In this document: positions 1 to 10,215 of the stretch, piece after piece
Numbering within the stretch: position 1 is the first letter of the stretch
How the letters are laid out: every line of letters begins with the position of its first letter
DNA from: Candidatus Saccharimonadota bacterium
GTDB taxonomy: Bacteria > Patescibacteriota > Saccharimonadia > Saccharimonadales > JACDBH01
Reading direction: 5' to 3'
Assembly: GCA_028289135.1 (NCBI GenBank)
Contig: JAQGGW010000005.1
Coordinates: forward strand, 70,758 to 134,757
DNA: 64,000 nt
The notes under the pieces: model-generated
Told to the model about the DNA's origin: nothing
The model's database searches: none
What the model saw: only the letters and a program-made list of their open reading frames with translations
Position numbers and translations under genes: made by a program

Positions 1-708
1 GAAAAGGGCGATAAACACTATGCCATTAAAGCCGGCCAGGAAATTGGCCGGGTTGGCGCGCAGTCACTCGACACCGCAGTTTATAACCTTGACCTGACTC
101 TTCCTGGATTTGTTAAGCCAGATAGCTACACGGCAGAACCTTGGAAAGTCCACACAGATGACTACTTTAAGTACTTTAAAGACCCAGTTTTAAGCCAAAT
201 GCTTGCGCTAAACCCACGCAAAGTCGCTCCATACGGCGGCAAGATTGACTATGATGTGGCTGGCAAACTGTCAGGCAACTGGTTCTTAGAGGGCACAAAC
301 GGTTACGCTGGACCAACGGGATCAGACCGTACTGTTGTTGACGGATCTAGCAAGGGTTATTACGGCGGGCACTTCTCGATTGCACCAGATGCTGTTGACC
401 CGGCAATCATCAATGTGTCATTTGGAGACTATAACGGCAAGGCAACGCAATTTACGGCCAAGTCACCGCTGCCAAACCCGGCAAATGTTGGCACCGCGGA
501 CGGGATTGTAAAGTACGACCTTGTTCATTACACGCAGCCAAGCGCGCAGACTAAGGCCGGGAGCTTGTCTTATCAAACCCAGCCGGTTGAAGCTGTTGTT
601 TTGATGCAGGTACTTGATGGCAATAAAATGAAAATGGAATATTTTACAGGCAAAACTTCCGCCGATGTCAGCACGTTTACTAGCGCAGCAAAAACCTTTA
701 CCCGTTAA
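1..708 (+). CDS. Hypothetical secreted protein, 5'-truncated by the window edge (possible M23-peptidase-like fold)
   Basis: Frame 1 is open from base 1 (EKGDKHYAIKAGQEIGRVGAQSLD...) into ORF 199..708; 'IKAGQEIGRVG' resembles the M23-family VxxGxxIG strand. Confidence 0.6.
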   Translation, partial: EKGDKHYAIKAGQEIGRVGAQSLDTAVYNLDLTLPGFVKPDSYTAEPWKVHTDDYFKYFKDPVLSQMLALNPRKVAPYGGKIDYDVAGKLSGNWFLEGTNGYAGPTGSDRTVVDGSSKGYYGGHFSIAPDAVDPAIINVSFGDYNGKATQFTAKSPLPNPANVGTADGIVKYDLVHYTQPSAQTKAGSLSYQTQPVEAVVLMQVLDGNKMKMEYFTGKTSADVSTFTSAAKTFTR

Positions 709-790
709 CATGAAACTGATTAAGAATTAGAAAACGTCTGCATAAAAGCGTACTATTAAGCTAAACATATGTTTAAAAGGGGAGCATCAA

Positions 791-1204
791 ATGAGTAAGA
801 ATAAAATAATAGCCGGACTGGCAGTACTGTTAGTTATTGCGTCAGCTGGTGTTGTTATGGTTAGGCATAAAAAACCAGCTGCTTCACAAGCATCAGCATC
901 AAAGGTGCAAACTCCTACATATGCAAAAGCGAAGCCAGATTCTCCGCTGACAAACGCGGTTCTCATCAAAGATATGAAATATGCGCCTGATCCTTTGGTA
1001 ATTAAGGTTGGCACCAAAGTGACTTGGCTAAACGGAGATAACGTCAGCCACACTGTTACCGCGGACAAAAGCACAGACGGCTTCGCGAGCCCAACATTGG
1101 GAGTGGGCGAGAAATATAGCTATACATTCGACAAAGCCGGCACATACGCATACCACTGCACAATACATTCAAGCATGCACGGTACTGTGACAGTTATTAA
1201 CTAG
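791..1204 (+). CDS. Membrane-anchored cupredoxin (plastocyanin/azurin-like blue copper protein)
   Basis: N-terminal TM; HTVT plus YHCTIHSSMHG type-1 copper ligands (H,C,H,M); SD-like AGGGGAG upstream. Confidence 0.9.
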   Translation: MSKNKIIAGLAVLLVIASAGVVMVRHKKPAASQASASKVQTPTYAKAKPDSPLTNAVLIKDMKYAPDPLVIKVGTKVTWLNGDNVSHTVTADKSTDGFASPTLGVGEKYSYTFDKAGTYAYHCTIHSSMHGTVTVIN

Positions 1205-1999
1205 TTATTTTAGCTGGATGGAGCTAATGATCTGGACAGCCTGTTTGTAGGCATTGGTGGTAGCGTAATAATCCAGCGCGACGGCGTTCATGGCCAGGTC
1301 GTCAACGGCGCTGGATGATGTGTAGCCGCCGGCTATGATGTAGGCGTCTGGTTCGGAGCCATAGTCGGGCCCCAGCGTGTCGCCAATTTTAAGCTGGAAG
1401 TTGCCCGCAATCAAGAAAAACGAAAAGATGTCGATGCTGCTGTCGCCAAAAGATGACAAAAGGGTAGTTTTGCGCTGGTCTGGTTCGGGCTGGGTGTAGG
1501 TTATTGTCTCGGATGGCTTGATGGCAATGCCTTTGCCAATGTAAACGCCGTCTGCTTTGCGGGCGCCTTGGCGGATATATACCCTAAAGTTGCCGTCCAC
1601 GCTGCCCAGGTTTGACGTTGGGTAGCTAAACTGCGGCGATTCAACCCGGATGCCGCCGCCGGTTTCCGTAACTTTCCATTTTTTGGGATATTTAAAGCCA
1701 ATGTTGAGGGCAGTACTGTTATAGGTTTCGGTCAATGTTGCGCTTGGGACATCATTAGCGTTCGTTGCAGTAGGAGCGCTAGCGGCTGTTTTTGACTCGT
1801 CTGTGGAGGCGGTGCTTTTTGAACTATTCAAGACAAATTTCCAGGCAGCCAGACCGCCGATGATGGCCAAAACAATCAGAATAATACTGATGATTGTGCC
1901 TTTGTGCGACTGTTTTGGTGCGTGTGCCGGGCTTGGCTTGTGCGGAGGCTTGGTTGTTTCTTTCAAAGAATCAGATGCGGACTGAAGGTCGTCTTCCAT
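1205..1999 (-). CDS. Membrane-anchored hypothetical protein
   Basis: 264-aa ORF, single TM, S/T-rich linker, 'GFKYPKKW' PsbP-like motif. Confidence 0.7.
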   Translation of the reverse strand: MEDDLQSASDSLKETTKPPHKPSPAHAPKQSHKGTIISIILIVLAIIGGLAAWKFVLNSSKSTASTDESKTAASAPTATNANDVPSATLTETYNSTALNIGFKYPKKWKVTETGGGIRVESPQFSYPTSNLGSVDGNFRVYIRQGARKADGVYIGKGIAIKPSETITYTQPEPDQRKTTLLSSFGDSSIDIFSFFLIAGNFQLKIGDTLGPDYGSEPDAYIIAGGYTSSSAVDDLAMNAVALDYYATTNAYKQAVQIISSIQLK

Positions 2000-2151
2000 G
2001 CTCCCAAGTATCCTCTTTTAAAACCGCTTATGCAACAGTTTGCGCTAATCGTCTATTATGTTTTCATGTTTTTGACAAAGGGGTGTTAACACTGGCTGAC
2101 GGATTGCAAAAATTATATATTCATAAGCATTGTGGTATACACTAATTAATC

Positions 2152-3270
2152 ATGGATCCAGAAGCAAAACCAGCCGTACAATCTGCCGAACTTGAAACAC
2201 CGCAAACACCAATGCCCGGGACACCTATAGAGCCTATGTTGCCGGATAAAAAGCCATCCCAAAAGTGGTCAATTATTGTGCTGTTGGTGATCCTGCTGCT
2301 TCTTGTCGGTGCATATTTTATGCATAAATCCGCCAGCACTCCGTCAAAGTCTACTCTTACAAACGCAAGCATTACTCAGTCAACTACCGCAACCGCTAAA
2401 CCCGAAACTGTGGCCCCAAAAGTTGAAGGCCTCCAGCTCGATCCTAAGAAGAATTATGGCAATAAATATGCCGACGGTTTGCTGCCAGTTGGAGACAATA
2501 AATATGTTACGGACGCGGCCAAAAAAGGCTATGTTTATGAATGCCAAAATAACTTTGTACCTGCTTCGCAGGCCGGTGCCCAAAACCGCGGCCCATGGTT
2601 TACTAACAACAACACGCAGTGGGACGTAAATAAAAAGTCACACATCAGCGGTAGCATAAATTGGACCCAGCAATTTAGCGTGGTGATCCAAAACGGCAAA
2701 AGGATAATTACCACCAACGACCTGCCAAACCACCCAACCGGCGTTTTCCCAGTGGCGGCCAGCGACCCAGCCCGTGTCTATGACGGCAACCCCAACACCA
2801 TTAGCGCCCAGACAATGGTCTACAGCGTGGCGTCCGCTCCAACCTACGGTTCGCCGCAGTGTATGGGCGGTGAAGTGGGCGTGATGTTAACGGGCGTGGC
2901 ATTGTTTAATGGTTTTGACGCAGGCGGTCGCGACGCCGGAGCCTGGGAAGTCCAGGACAACTGCGACGGCCACCCGCAAAACAAAGGCGAATACCACTAC
3001 CACACACTCAGCAAATGTATTACCGACCAAAGCGTTAAAACAGTACTAGGCTACGCGCTGGATGGTTATCCGATTACCGGGCCCAAAGTTGGCGATAAAA
3101 ACTTCTTAACCACCGACGACCTGGACGAATGCCACGGCATTGTTAGCGACATAACCCTGGACAACAAAACCGTCACGACATATCACTATGTAATGACCGA
3201 AGACTTTCCTTATTCGGCCAGCTGCTTTAGGGCCACGGCAATCCAGCCACCAGGCAAACCTGAACATTAA
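2152..3270 (+). CDS. YHYH-domain protein, membrane anchored
   Basis: DNCDGHP...GEYHYH, LGYALDGYPITGP, LDECHG, YHYV motifs. Confidence 0.88.
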   Translation: MDPEAKPAVQSAELETPQTPMPGTPIEPMLPDKKPSQKWSIIVLLVILLLLVGAYFMHKSASTPSKSTLTNASITQSTTATAKPETVAPKVEGLQLDPKKNYGNKYADGLLPVGDNKYVTDAAKKGYVYECQNNFVPASQAGAQNRGPWFTNNNTQWDVNKKSHISGSINWTQQFSVVIQNGKRIITTNDLPNHPTGVFPVAASDPARVYDGNPNTISAQTMVYSVASAPTYGSPQCMGGEVGVMLTGVALFNGFDAGGRDAGAWEVQDNCDGHPQNKGEYHYHTLSKCITDQSVKTVLGYALDGYPITGPKVGDKNFLTTDDLDECHGIVSDITLDNKTVTTYHYVMTEDFPYSASCFRATAIQPPGKPEH

Positions 3271-3767
3271 AACTGCGGAAGCGGTCCGCGTTCTAGAATC
3301 TCACGCGCAATCACTAGCCCGCTCTCTGTTTCTTCGGTAAGGTCGAGTTGTGGATGATACAAATCCGCCCAGCACCATTCATCATGGTCCGGCGTCTCGC
3401 CTGCAGGAATATTACGGCGGAGATCAACAGCAAAACTAAGCGGGCTTGCAACAGCTATCTCGCATTTGTAATTAGTAACATTGCCCTTTTCGTCAGTTTC
3501 AATATTTTCCCGGACATTGTTGAAAACACCAATATGTCCAAGGGTTATGTTGGCCTCTTGGAAAGCTTCTCGCAGAAGCGCCCTCTTTAGTACTGGCCTG
3601 CCAATTTCTTGATAGCCAGCCATGTCTGTATCCTCAACACTGCCGCCTGGTCCTTCCCACTGGCCGCCATTTCGCTCGCGCTGCATATCGCGGCGGAGTG
3701 CCAAAAACTTACCATTGTGGATAATAATGCCGCGAGCAGATACAACATCTTTAGTTTCAAAACTCAT
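3267..3767 (-). CDS. NUDIX hydrolase (divergent Nudix box)
   Basis: FLALRR...WEGPGGSVE...LREAFQEANI...HDEWCW. Confidence 0.75.
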   Translation of the reverse strand: MSFETKDVVSARGIIIHNGKFLALRRDMQRERNGGQWEGPGGSVEDTDMAGYQEIGRPVLKRALLREAFQEANITLGHIGVFNNVRENIETDEKGNVTNYKCEIAVASPLSFAVDLRRNIPAGETPDHDEWCWADLYHPQLDLTEETESGLVIAREILERGPLPQF

Positions 3768-3835
3768 ATCGATATACTATTTCATAAAAGTCAGTTTATA
3801 ACAACATACTTTAGACTTTCTGATAGACTGTAAGC

Positions 3836-4420
3836 ATGACCGGAAAGACTCACGACTTGGCAGCCATCACTGCACTTGGCATTGTTTTTTTAAGCAACCC
3901 TGTCGATCCGTTGCGGCTTTCGACCGCCATCGTCTGCATAATCGCTAACCTCATTGGCGGGATTACCCCAGACATAGACCAGCCAACAGCACCATTCTGG
4001 CGTAATCTGCCGATTGGCAATATTTTTGGCCGGACTTTTGGCAAACTCAGCGGCGGGCACAGGTTTTTGACACATTCGTTGTTGGGCGCGGCACTGATTG
4101 GGTTTGCCGTTCACTGGCTGTTAGTATTTTTTACGCCCGTGATGGGGCACATTGATACAGGCTACGTGTGGTGGGCATTTATGATCGGGCTGGCAAGCCA
4201 CCTTCTTATGGATATGTTTACCAAAGAAGGCGTGCCACTTTTTATTCCGATCCCAATAAAACTTGGCTTTCCACCCATCAAAGCCTTGCGGGTTACAACT
4301 GATCACTGGGTTGAACACTTAGTAGTTTTCCCAGGCCTTTTAGCCATTAACGGGCTTTTAGTGGCGACGCACTACCAGCAAATTCTAGAAATTCTGCGCC
4401 GGGTTGGTTCTTCGCACTAG
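3836..4420 (+). CDS. YdjM-like inner-membrane metal-dependent hydrolase
   Basis: MTGKTH, PDID, GHRFLTHS, SHLLMD..TKEGV motifs. Confidence 0.88.
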   Translation: MTGKTHDLAAITALGIVFLSNPVDPLRLSTAIVCIIANLIGGITPDIDQPTAPFWRNLPIGNIFGRTFGKLSGGHRFLTHSLLGAALIGFAVHWLLVFFTPVMGHIDTGYVWWAFMIGLASHLLMDMFTKEGVPLFIPIPIKLGFPPIKALRVTTDHWVEHLVVFPGLLAINGLLVATHYQQILEILRRVGSSH

Positions 4421-4839
4421 GCTAAAACGCGGCAATCGCTGCAAAGTCCTTCGATTTCAAGCGTGTGGGCAGTCGGCAAAAAACCGTTATGGTTCGCGAC
4501 GGTTTCGAGCATGACGTCAAAGCTTTTTGGCTCGTCAAAACTGATGGTTTTGTGGCAGTTTGTGCAGGTAAAATGATGGTGGTGTGGAATAAAGTCGTCC
4601 GTCAGCTCCAGGTGGTATTTCCAGCCTTTGGCAACTCGTTGGGCAATTTTAAGCTCTTCGAACAGTTCAATAACGCGGTAAACAGTGGTGCGGTTAATAC
4701 TGCTCACACGGCTATAAAGCTCTTGCATGCTCAGCGGGCCATCGTCCTGGAGCGCCTTAAAAACCTTTAATCGGGGCTCCGTGAGGCTAAAACCAGCGTT
4801 TTTTAGATGAAGTGCCAAGGTTGATTCGACAGATGTCAT
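4417..4839 (-). CDS. Fur-family transcriptional repressor (probably Zur)
   Basis: LTEPR, TVYR helix, HHHHFTCTNC and C-terminal CSDC; divergent from a ZIP transporter. Confidence 0.9.
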   Translation of the reverse strand: MTSVESTLALHLKNAGFSLTEPRLKVFKALQDDGPLSMQELYSRVSSINRTTVYRVIELFEELKIAQRVAKGWKYHLELTDDFIPHHHHFTCTNCHKTISFDEPKSFDVMLETVANHNGFLPTAHTLEIEGLCSDCRVLA

Positions 4840-4869
4840 ACTCTTATTCTAGTGCATTTATTATGAAAA

Positions 4870-4886
4870 TTGCAACAAAGTTGCAA
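4870..4886. promoter_or_regulatory. Candidate Fur/Zur operator TTGCAAC-aaa-GTTGCAA overlapping the -35 of the ZIP gene promoter
   Basis: Perfect 7-3-7 inverted repeat between divergent fur/zur and ZIP genes; TTGCAA(4881-86)-17 bp-GATACT(4904-09). Confidence 0.7.
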
Positions 4887-4919
4887 AAATCTTAAGTGGG
4901 CAGGATACTTGAGGGTAAT

Positions 4920-5645
4920 ATGACAGTAATTTTATTAGCTTTCGCCGCCTTTTGCTCCACCTTGCTTGGCGGGCTTGCGGGCATTAAAAACAAAGACCGC
5001 TTGCACAGATTTTTAGGCTACACGGCTGGTGTGTTGATGGGCGTGGTGGCATTTGACCTGTTGCCAGAGATTTTTAAAACACTGCACGAAACAAACTCTG
5101 ACCCAACCCGCGCCATGATTGCCTTGGTTGTTGGCTTTTTACTGTTTCATGCCATCGAAAAAAGTATTTTAATCCACCACAGCCAAGAAGACGAATACGA
5201 ACAGCACCACCACCCTCATGTTGGCGTTGCCAGTGCCATTGCTTTAAGCGGCCACAGCTTCTTGGACGGCGTGGGGATTGGGCTTGGTTTCCAGGTTGGG
5301 AATACTGTCGGGATAGCCGTAGCCATTGCAGTAATTGCGCACGACTTTACCGATGGACTAAACACTGTTAACCTCATGTTACTCAACAAAAACCGTTCCA
5401 AAAAAACAATAAGCTATTTGCTTTTGGACGCCGTTGCGCCAATCTTAGGTGCGCTAAGTACGCTGCTGTTTACAATCCCCAGCACTTGGCTGCCAATCTA
5501 CCTTGGCTTCTTTGCAGGCTTTTTGCTCTATATTGGCGCCAGCGAAATTTTGCCAGAAGCTCACAGCAAACATTCTTCTTATAAAACAATACTCATGACA
5601 ATCTTGGGAGCAGCATTTATTTTTGCCGTCACTCGTTTTGCTTAA
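4920..5645 (+). CDS. ZIP (ZupT/GufA) family divalent metal transporter
   Basis: Multi-TM; HSFLDG, AHDFTDG, His-rich loop, EILPEAH; ATG at 4920 after GAGGG. Confidence 0.9.
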   Translation: MTVILLAFAAFCSTLLGGLAGIKNKDRLHRFLGYTAGVLMGVVAFDLLPEIFKTLHETNSDPTRAMIALVVGFLLFHAIEKSILIHHSQEDEYEQHHHPHVGVASAIALSGHSFLDGVGIGLGFQVGNTVGIAVAIAVIAHDFTDGLNTVNLMLLNKNRSKKTISYLLLDAVAPILGALSTLLFTIPSTWLPIYLGFFAGFLLYIGASEILPEAHSKHSSYKTILMTILGAAFIFAVTRFA

Positions 5646-5666
5646 AAATGTTACTATAAACCCAAT

Positions 5667-5885
5667 ATGTTAGCGGTATATGTAATTGGTATGGTCCTTG
5701 CTCTAGTAGCTACAATAGCTGCACTTCTAGTAGCTACTGGTAAAATTGCATTCAGGTTCGCCAGCAAAGAAACGCTGCCGTCTCAAAAAAAGGATATGGC
5801 TTTACGCATAGTCTATTTAGCGCTTTTTATTTTAGTTTCTTGGGCTCTATGGAATTTTGGTTCGAAGTTATTGTACGGCAAGTGA
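5667..5885 (+). CDS. Small 2-TM hypothetical protein
   Basis: 72-aa ORF with two hydrophobic segments filling the gap. Confidence 0.6.
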   Translation: MLAVYVIGMVLALVATIAALLVATGKIAFRFASKETLPSQKKDMALRIVYLALFILVSWALWNFGSKLLYGK

Positions 5886-5927
5886 ATATTAAGGCCGTCG
5901 TGCTAGCTCAAATGCTATACTAGACAC

Positions 5928-6992
5928 ATGATAGCGGTGGTAATTATTTTAGCAGTATTAGTAGCGGGGCTTATTTTTATGCTTGTCCGCAAACCTGCCG
6001 TGCCGGCGCCAAAAGAGGATACTTCGGCAGCTCTTTTGCTAAAAGAAGACTTTAAGACCTTGGTTGAAGGCATGACTCAGCTAAAAGAAACATTGGGCGA
6101 AAAGATCGACACCCGGCTCGAAAAGTCCCAAAACAGCATGGGCCAGCAGCTGCAGGAAAGCGCCAAACTTATCAAGGACGTGACGGAGCGCCTGACAAAG
6201 CTGGACGAAACAAACAAACGCGTGGTGGACGTAGCCGATGAGCTTAAGCAACTCCAAAATGTGCTCCAAAACCCAAAGCAGCGCGGAGTTTTGGGCGAAT
6301 TTTACCTGGAACAAATTCTGCAGAACCTGCTGCCGCCGGGCTCTTATGAGCTGCAGTATAAACTGGCCGAGGGGTTTATAGTGGACGCCGTCATTATGCT
6401 CGAAAACAAAATGCTGCCGATTGACAGCAAGTTTAGCCTAGAAAATTACAACCGGTTAATTGACGCCAAAGGCCCAGAACGCATGCTGCTTGAAAAAGCC
6501 TTTAAAGAAGACCTGCGCAAACGGATCGACGAAACGGCCAAATATATACAGCCCAAAAACGGCACGCTGGAACAAGCCTTTATGTTTATCCCCTCCGAAG
6601 CGATTTATTATGACTTGCTCGCCAACAAAATTGGCGCTGGCGGCGTAAACGGGCGCGACTTGCTGCAATACGCGGTGCGCGATAAGAAAGTGACAATAGT
6701 CGGCCCAAGTACGCTCAGTGTCATGTTGCTGACAATAGTCGAAGGTATGCGCTCTCATCAGATCCAGAAAGACTTTGAAGTAATCCGCAAAAATATCGAG
6801 CAGCTTTCGACTCATTTAATAAATTACGATGGACATTTTAAGAAGGTTGGCAATAGCCTAAGTGCTACAGTTGGGCACTACAACAGCGCCAGCAAAGAGC
6901 TTGCCCGGATCGACAAAGACATCGTTAAAATTGCAGCAACAGACCCTGCCATCGAAGCACTTTTGCTTGACAAGCCTCTCGCTGATGAATAA
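5928..6992 (+). CDS. rmuC: DNA recombination protein RmuC
   Basis: TM plus coiled coil, NPKQRGVLGE, PIDSKF, FMFIPSEAIY. Confidence 0.93.
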   Translation: MIAVVIILAVLVAGLIFMLVRKPAVPAPKEDTSAALLLKEDFKTLVEGMTQLKETLGEKIDTRLEKSQNSMGQQLQESAKLIKDVTERLTKLDETNKRVVDVADELKQLQNVLQNPKQRGVLGEFYLEQILQNLLPPGSYELQYKLAEGFIVDAVIMLENKMLPIDSKFSLENYNRLIDAKGPERMLLEKAFKEDLRKRIDETAKYIQPKNGTLEQAFMFIPSEAIYYDLLANKIGAGGVNGRDLLQYAVRDKKVTIVGPSTLSVMLLTIVEGMRSHQIQKDFEVIRKNIEQLSTHLINYDGHFKKVGNSLSATVGHYNSASKELARIDKDIVKIAATDPAIEALLLDKPLADE

Positions 6993-7003
6993 CCTGAGAA
7001 ATA

Positions 7004-7261
7004 ATGAACGATATATTCTCAAGAGGAATTGAACTGAGCGACGTTGAGGCTGCGTTAATTTTAGGCAGCAGGAGATCCACATTTGATGAAATTATTGTAA
7101 TACGTGGGCGTTTACATGGCAGGGTTCTGGACATGATTGACAGAGTCCATCAACTGGAAAATAGAATTATGCCTAGCATTGCCAATATAGCCGTAGGAGC
7201 GACGCTCGCATTTGAAGCTACTGAGCCAACAGATCAATCGTTAGAGCCGCTGTCCAGCTAA
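7004..7261 (+). CDS. Hypothetical protein
   Basis: 85-aa ORF after rmuC; 3' end overlaps the convergent gene. Confidence 0.45.
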   Translation: MNDIFSRGIELSDVEAALILGSRRSTFDEIIVIRGRLHGRVLDMIDRVHQLENRIMPSIANIAVGATLAFEATEPTDQSLEPLSS

Positions 7262-8561
7262 AATTTTCGGCGCCCAAACCTTTGCCGTCAATCGGCGAGA
7301 AATATTCGTATGGCCCGGCGGATGTTACCATGGCAATTGTGCGTGCGCGGAGATCAGCCGCCTCAACTTTGTAGCCATAGCGTTCCAGCCCGTCGATAAT
7401 CAGCCAGTTCGTGTTTACCCAAGTTGGGCCCTGCCAATAGCGTTCGGCGTCAAAATATTTTGAGCTGAGCGGCACGCTCGGGACGGGGTGGTGCAGCCAA
7501 AATTGTTTGTGGTCTTTTAGCAGTCCGACAAGCTCGGCGGCTCGTTCTTTGCTGATACTGCCGGCATATAGCGGCATCAGGGCGCCAATGGATGGTTCTT
7601 TAATGAGTTTGTGGGTAATAAAATCGCGCGAATAATATTGTTTGGTGCCTGTGTCGTAGAGTTCTTTTATAGCTTCTTCGGTGTGTTTCATGTTGGCCAC
7701 AAGTTCGGCCGGCAGTTTGTATTTTAGAAAGCTAGCGATGTTGTGAAGCTGGGTGTTATTGCGGATCAAAATGCTGTTAAACATAACATCTTCGGTGGCA
7801 AAAAGTGTGCGGTGGAGGATTTTGTCTATGTCGTAATGCTTGCGGCGGAGACGCCTGACTACATCCCAAAGCAGCAAAGCTTCCATGTTGGAAATTCGCT
7901 GACCGGGGTTAACGCGGCGGGTGTCGCGGCGGATAAAGTTAATAAATGGGTCTAGGTGAAGCTTTTCGATCATGGCAATCCACCATGGGCGGCTGTGCTC
8001 GTACAGCTGCTGTACCCACGGAGGCGTGTTGTCCATGCCGACTTCGTTGGGGTGGATCTGCAGCGTCAGACCTTCTTTGTGAGGGTCGCGCTCGGCGTAA
8101 AGCCAGGTGTGATATGCAACCAGCGGGTCGTACATATAATGATAAAACTCCCGCCTATCGGTGGCGTTCATTTTGGCGCCCACTTTAACAACGGCGTCGG
8201 CCAGTACGGGCGGTTGGGTAATGCCGCTGGTGCTGAGTTTGTCGGGTGCAAATGGGCTTAGCCAGCTGCGCCAAGCTTCGCGCTCCAAACGGTATTCGCG
8301 GCCCTTACTAAAAATCATGTGCGGCATCATGCCGTTGGCCCACTGGCCATGGACCAGGTTTGCAACTTCTAAAGCCGCCCGTTGCGGGTCTTCGTGCCGG
8401 AGCCCAATCGCCACAAAACAGCTATCCCAAAGCCACTGGTGCGGATAAAGCTTGGCAGGGGAAGTATGATTGCCGCGGTCGTTTTCTTTTAATACGCTGA
8501 GGCAAAGGGTGCGCAGGTCAACAGGGGTTAACGTTGGTCCTTCAGCTGAATAGTCTTCCAT
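7218..8561 (-). CDS. GH63/MGH1-like glycoside hydrolase (glucosylglycerate/mannosylglycerate hydrolase or trehalase-like)
   Basis: YPHQWLWDS, SGITQPP, GMDNTP, YWQGPTW, EYFSP..G.G..FSWTAA. Confidence 0.85.
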   Translation of the reverse strand: MEDYSAEGPTLTPVDLRTLCLSVLKENDRGNHTSPAKLYPHQWLWDSCFVAIGLRHEDPQRAALEVANLVHGQWANGMMPHMIFSKGREYRLEREAWRSWLSPFAPDKLSTSGITQPPVLADAVVKVGAKMNATDRREFYHYMYDPLVAYHTWLYAERDPHKEGLTLQIHPNEVGMDNTPPWVQQLYEHSRPWWIAMIEKLHLDPFINFIRRDTRRVNPGQRISNMEALLLWDVVRRLRRKHYDIDKILHRTLFATEDVMFNSILIRNNTQLHNIASFLKYKLPAELVANMKHTEEAIKELYDTGTKQYYSRDFITHKLIKEPSIGALMPLYAGSISKERAAELVGLLKDHKQFWLHHPVPSVPLSSKYFDAERYWQGPTWVNTNWLIIDGLERYGYKVEAADLRARTIAMVTSAGPYEYFSPIDGKGLGAENFSWTAALTIDLLAQ

Positions 8562-8584
8562 TTACTCCAGTATAGCATTAGCGC

Positions 8585-9079
8585 TTAGCGGAAGTTGGTA
8601 AACTGCAGCGCAAAGTCGAACTCTTGTACGCGCAGCAGCGCCATTACGCCTTGAAGGTCGTCTTTGCTGCCGGCCGTCACGCGGACTTCATCACCTTGGA
8701 TCTGTGGTTTAACTTTAGGAAATCTCTCGCGGACAATGGCGGTAATCTTTTTAGCCTTTTCTTGGTCAAGGCCTTTTTTAAACGGCACTTCCTGGGTGGT
8801 TTTGAGGTTGGCTACAACCAGTTCTTTGCTGAGGTCTAAAATTTTCTGGCTCTGGCCGCGGGCCGCAAGTTTTTTGCGTACAATGTCCAGGATTGCATCA
8901 ATCTGCCAGTCGCCGTTGCCCGTAATCTTAAGCCCAGCTTTGTCGTCCATCCACTCCACAGCGGCGGGCGTGTTCTTAAAGTCATAACGGCTGTCGAGCT
9001 CTCGCTGGGTTTGGTCAAAGACGTTATTAAGCTCCGCCTTGTCGTAGTCGCTCACAATATCAAAAGAAAAATTAGCCAT
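8585..9079 (-). CDS. yajQ: YajQ family nucleotide/c-di-GMP-binding protein
   Basis: SFDIVS, RYDFK, QIQGDEVRVT..KDDLQ, QFTNFR. Confidence 0.95.
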   Translation of the reverse strand: MANFSFDIVSDYDKAELNNVFDQTQRELDSRYDFKNTPAAVEWMDDKAGLKITGNGDWQIDAILDIVRKKLAARGQSQKILDLSKELVVANLKTTQEVPFKKGLDQEKAKKITAIVRERFPKVKPQIQGDEVRVTAGSKDDLQGVMALLRVQEFDFALQFTNFR

Positions 9080-9192
9080 ATCACTATTGTAAAATAAAAC
9101 GCTTTACTTTGCACTTGAATACGCCGGGGATTTCATTTTTGGGCTAAAAGTACACTTAAATAACGGTAATGACAATGTATAATGGACACCAG

Positions 9193-10215
9193 ATGACAGA
9201 CACGAGCAAAATCCAGGAAGTCCGGGCCGTACTGACGGAGCGTTTAAACACGCTTAAAAACAAACAGGACATTTTAAAATCGGTTGAACTAAAGGCTCTG
9301 TATGAGGAGTTAAAAGGTCTTCCAGCCGAAGATAAAGGCGCCTACGGTAAGGCGGTTAACGACCTCCGTATGGAACTAACCACGGCCGCCCAGGCAGGAT
9401 TGGCAGAAGCAAACGAATTGCCATTTATTGATGTTACAGCGCCATTTGATGCCAACGTCAAGCAAAAACCACGGCCTTTGGGACCAGAAGCTGGCAGCGT
9501 CCACCCGCTCATGAAAGAACAAGACTTGATTATCGACATTTTTAACAGGATGGGTTTTGTAACAATCGAGTCGCGACAGATTGACGACGACTACCACATG
9601 TTCGAAAGCCTTAATTTCCCAGCCGACCATCCAGCCCGCGACGATTACGACACTTTTACCACCACCGAAGGCTTTATTGCGCCCGCGCACACCAGCACCA
9701 TGCAAAACCGTGTACTAAAAATGTACAAAGAAAACCTGGCCAAGGGCGAACCGATTGCGGTGCTATATCCGGGGCGCGTCTACCGTAACGAAGACATTGA
9801 CGTGACGCATGAGCACACGTTTTACCAGTACGAAGGCATGGTTGTTGGAAAAGGAATTAATGTCGGCAACCTCATCGCTACCCTGCGCGCATTTATGAGT
9901 GAGTATTTCGGCCAGGAGCTTAAGGCCAAGCTGCAGCCGTTTTATTTCCCTTTTACCGAACCCTCTTTTGAGTTTGCGATTGAACGACCCGAAATTCTGC
10001 GCAAAGGCGACACTGAAGCCGACATGTGGCTGGAACTTTTGGGCTGCGGCATGGTACACCCAAATGTGCTTAAAATGGCCGGGGTTGACCCTGAAGTTTA
10101 CAGCGGTTTTGCCTGGGGCGGAGGCTTGGAACGATTGGTGCTGATGAAATACGGTATCGAAGATATCCGGCATTTTGAAGCCGCTAAACTAGATTTTTTG
10201 AGGCAATTCTCATGA
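9193..10215 (+). CDS. pheS: Phenylalanine--tRNA ligase alpha subunit
   Basis: FESLNFPADHPARD, HTSTMQ, YFPFTEPS, LELLGCGMVHP, GLERL; alternative start 9169. Confidence 0.97.
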   Translation: MTDTSKIQEVRAVLTERLNTLKNKQDILKSVELKALYEELKGLPAEDKGAYGKAVNDLRMELTTAAQAGLAEANELPFIDVTAPFDANVKQKPRPLGPEAGSVHPLMKEQDLIIDIFNRMGFVTIESRQIDDDYHMFESLNFPADHPARDDYDTFTTTEGFIAPAHTSTMQNRVLKMYKENLAKGEPIAVLYPGRVYRNEDIDVTHEHTFYQYEGMVVGKGINVGNLIATLRAFMSEYFGQELKAKLQPFYFPFTEPSFEFAIERPEILRKGDTEADMWLELLGCGMVHPNVLKMAGVDPEVYSGFAWGGGLERLVLMKYGIEDIRHFEAAKLDFLRQFS

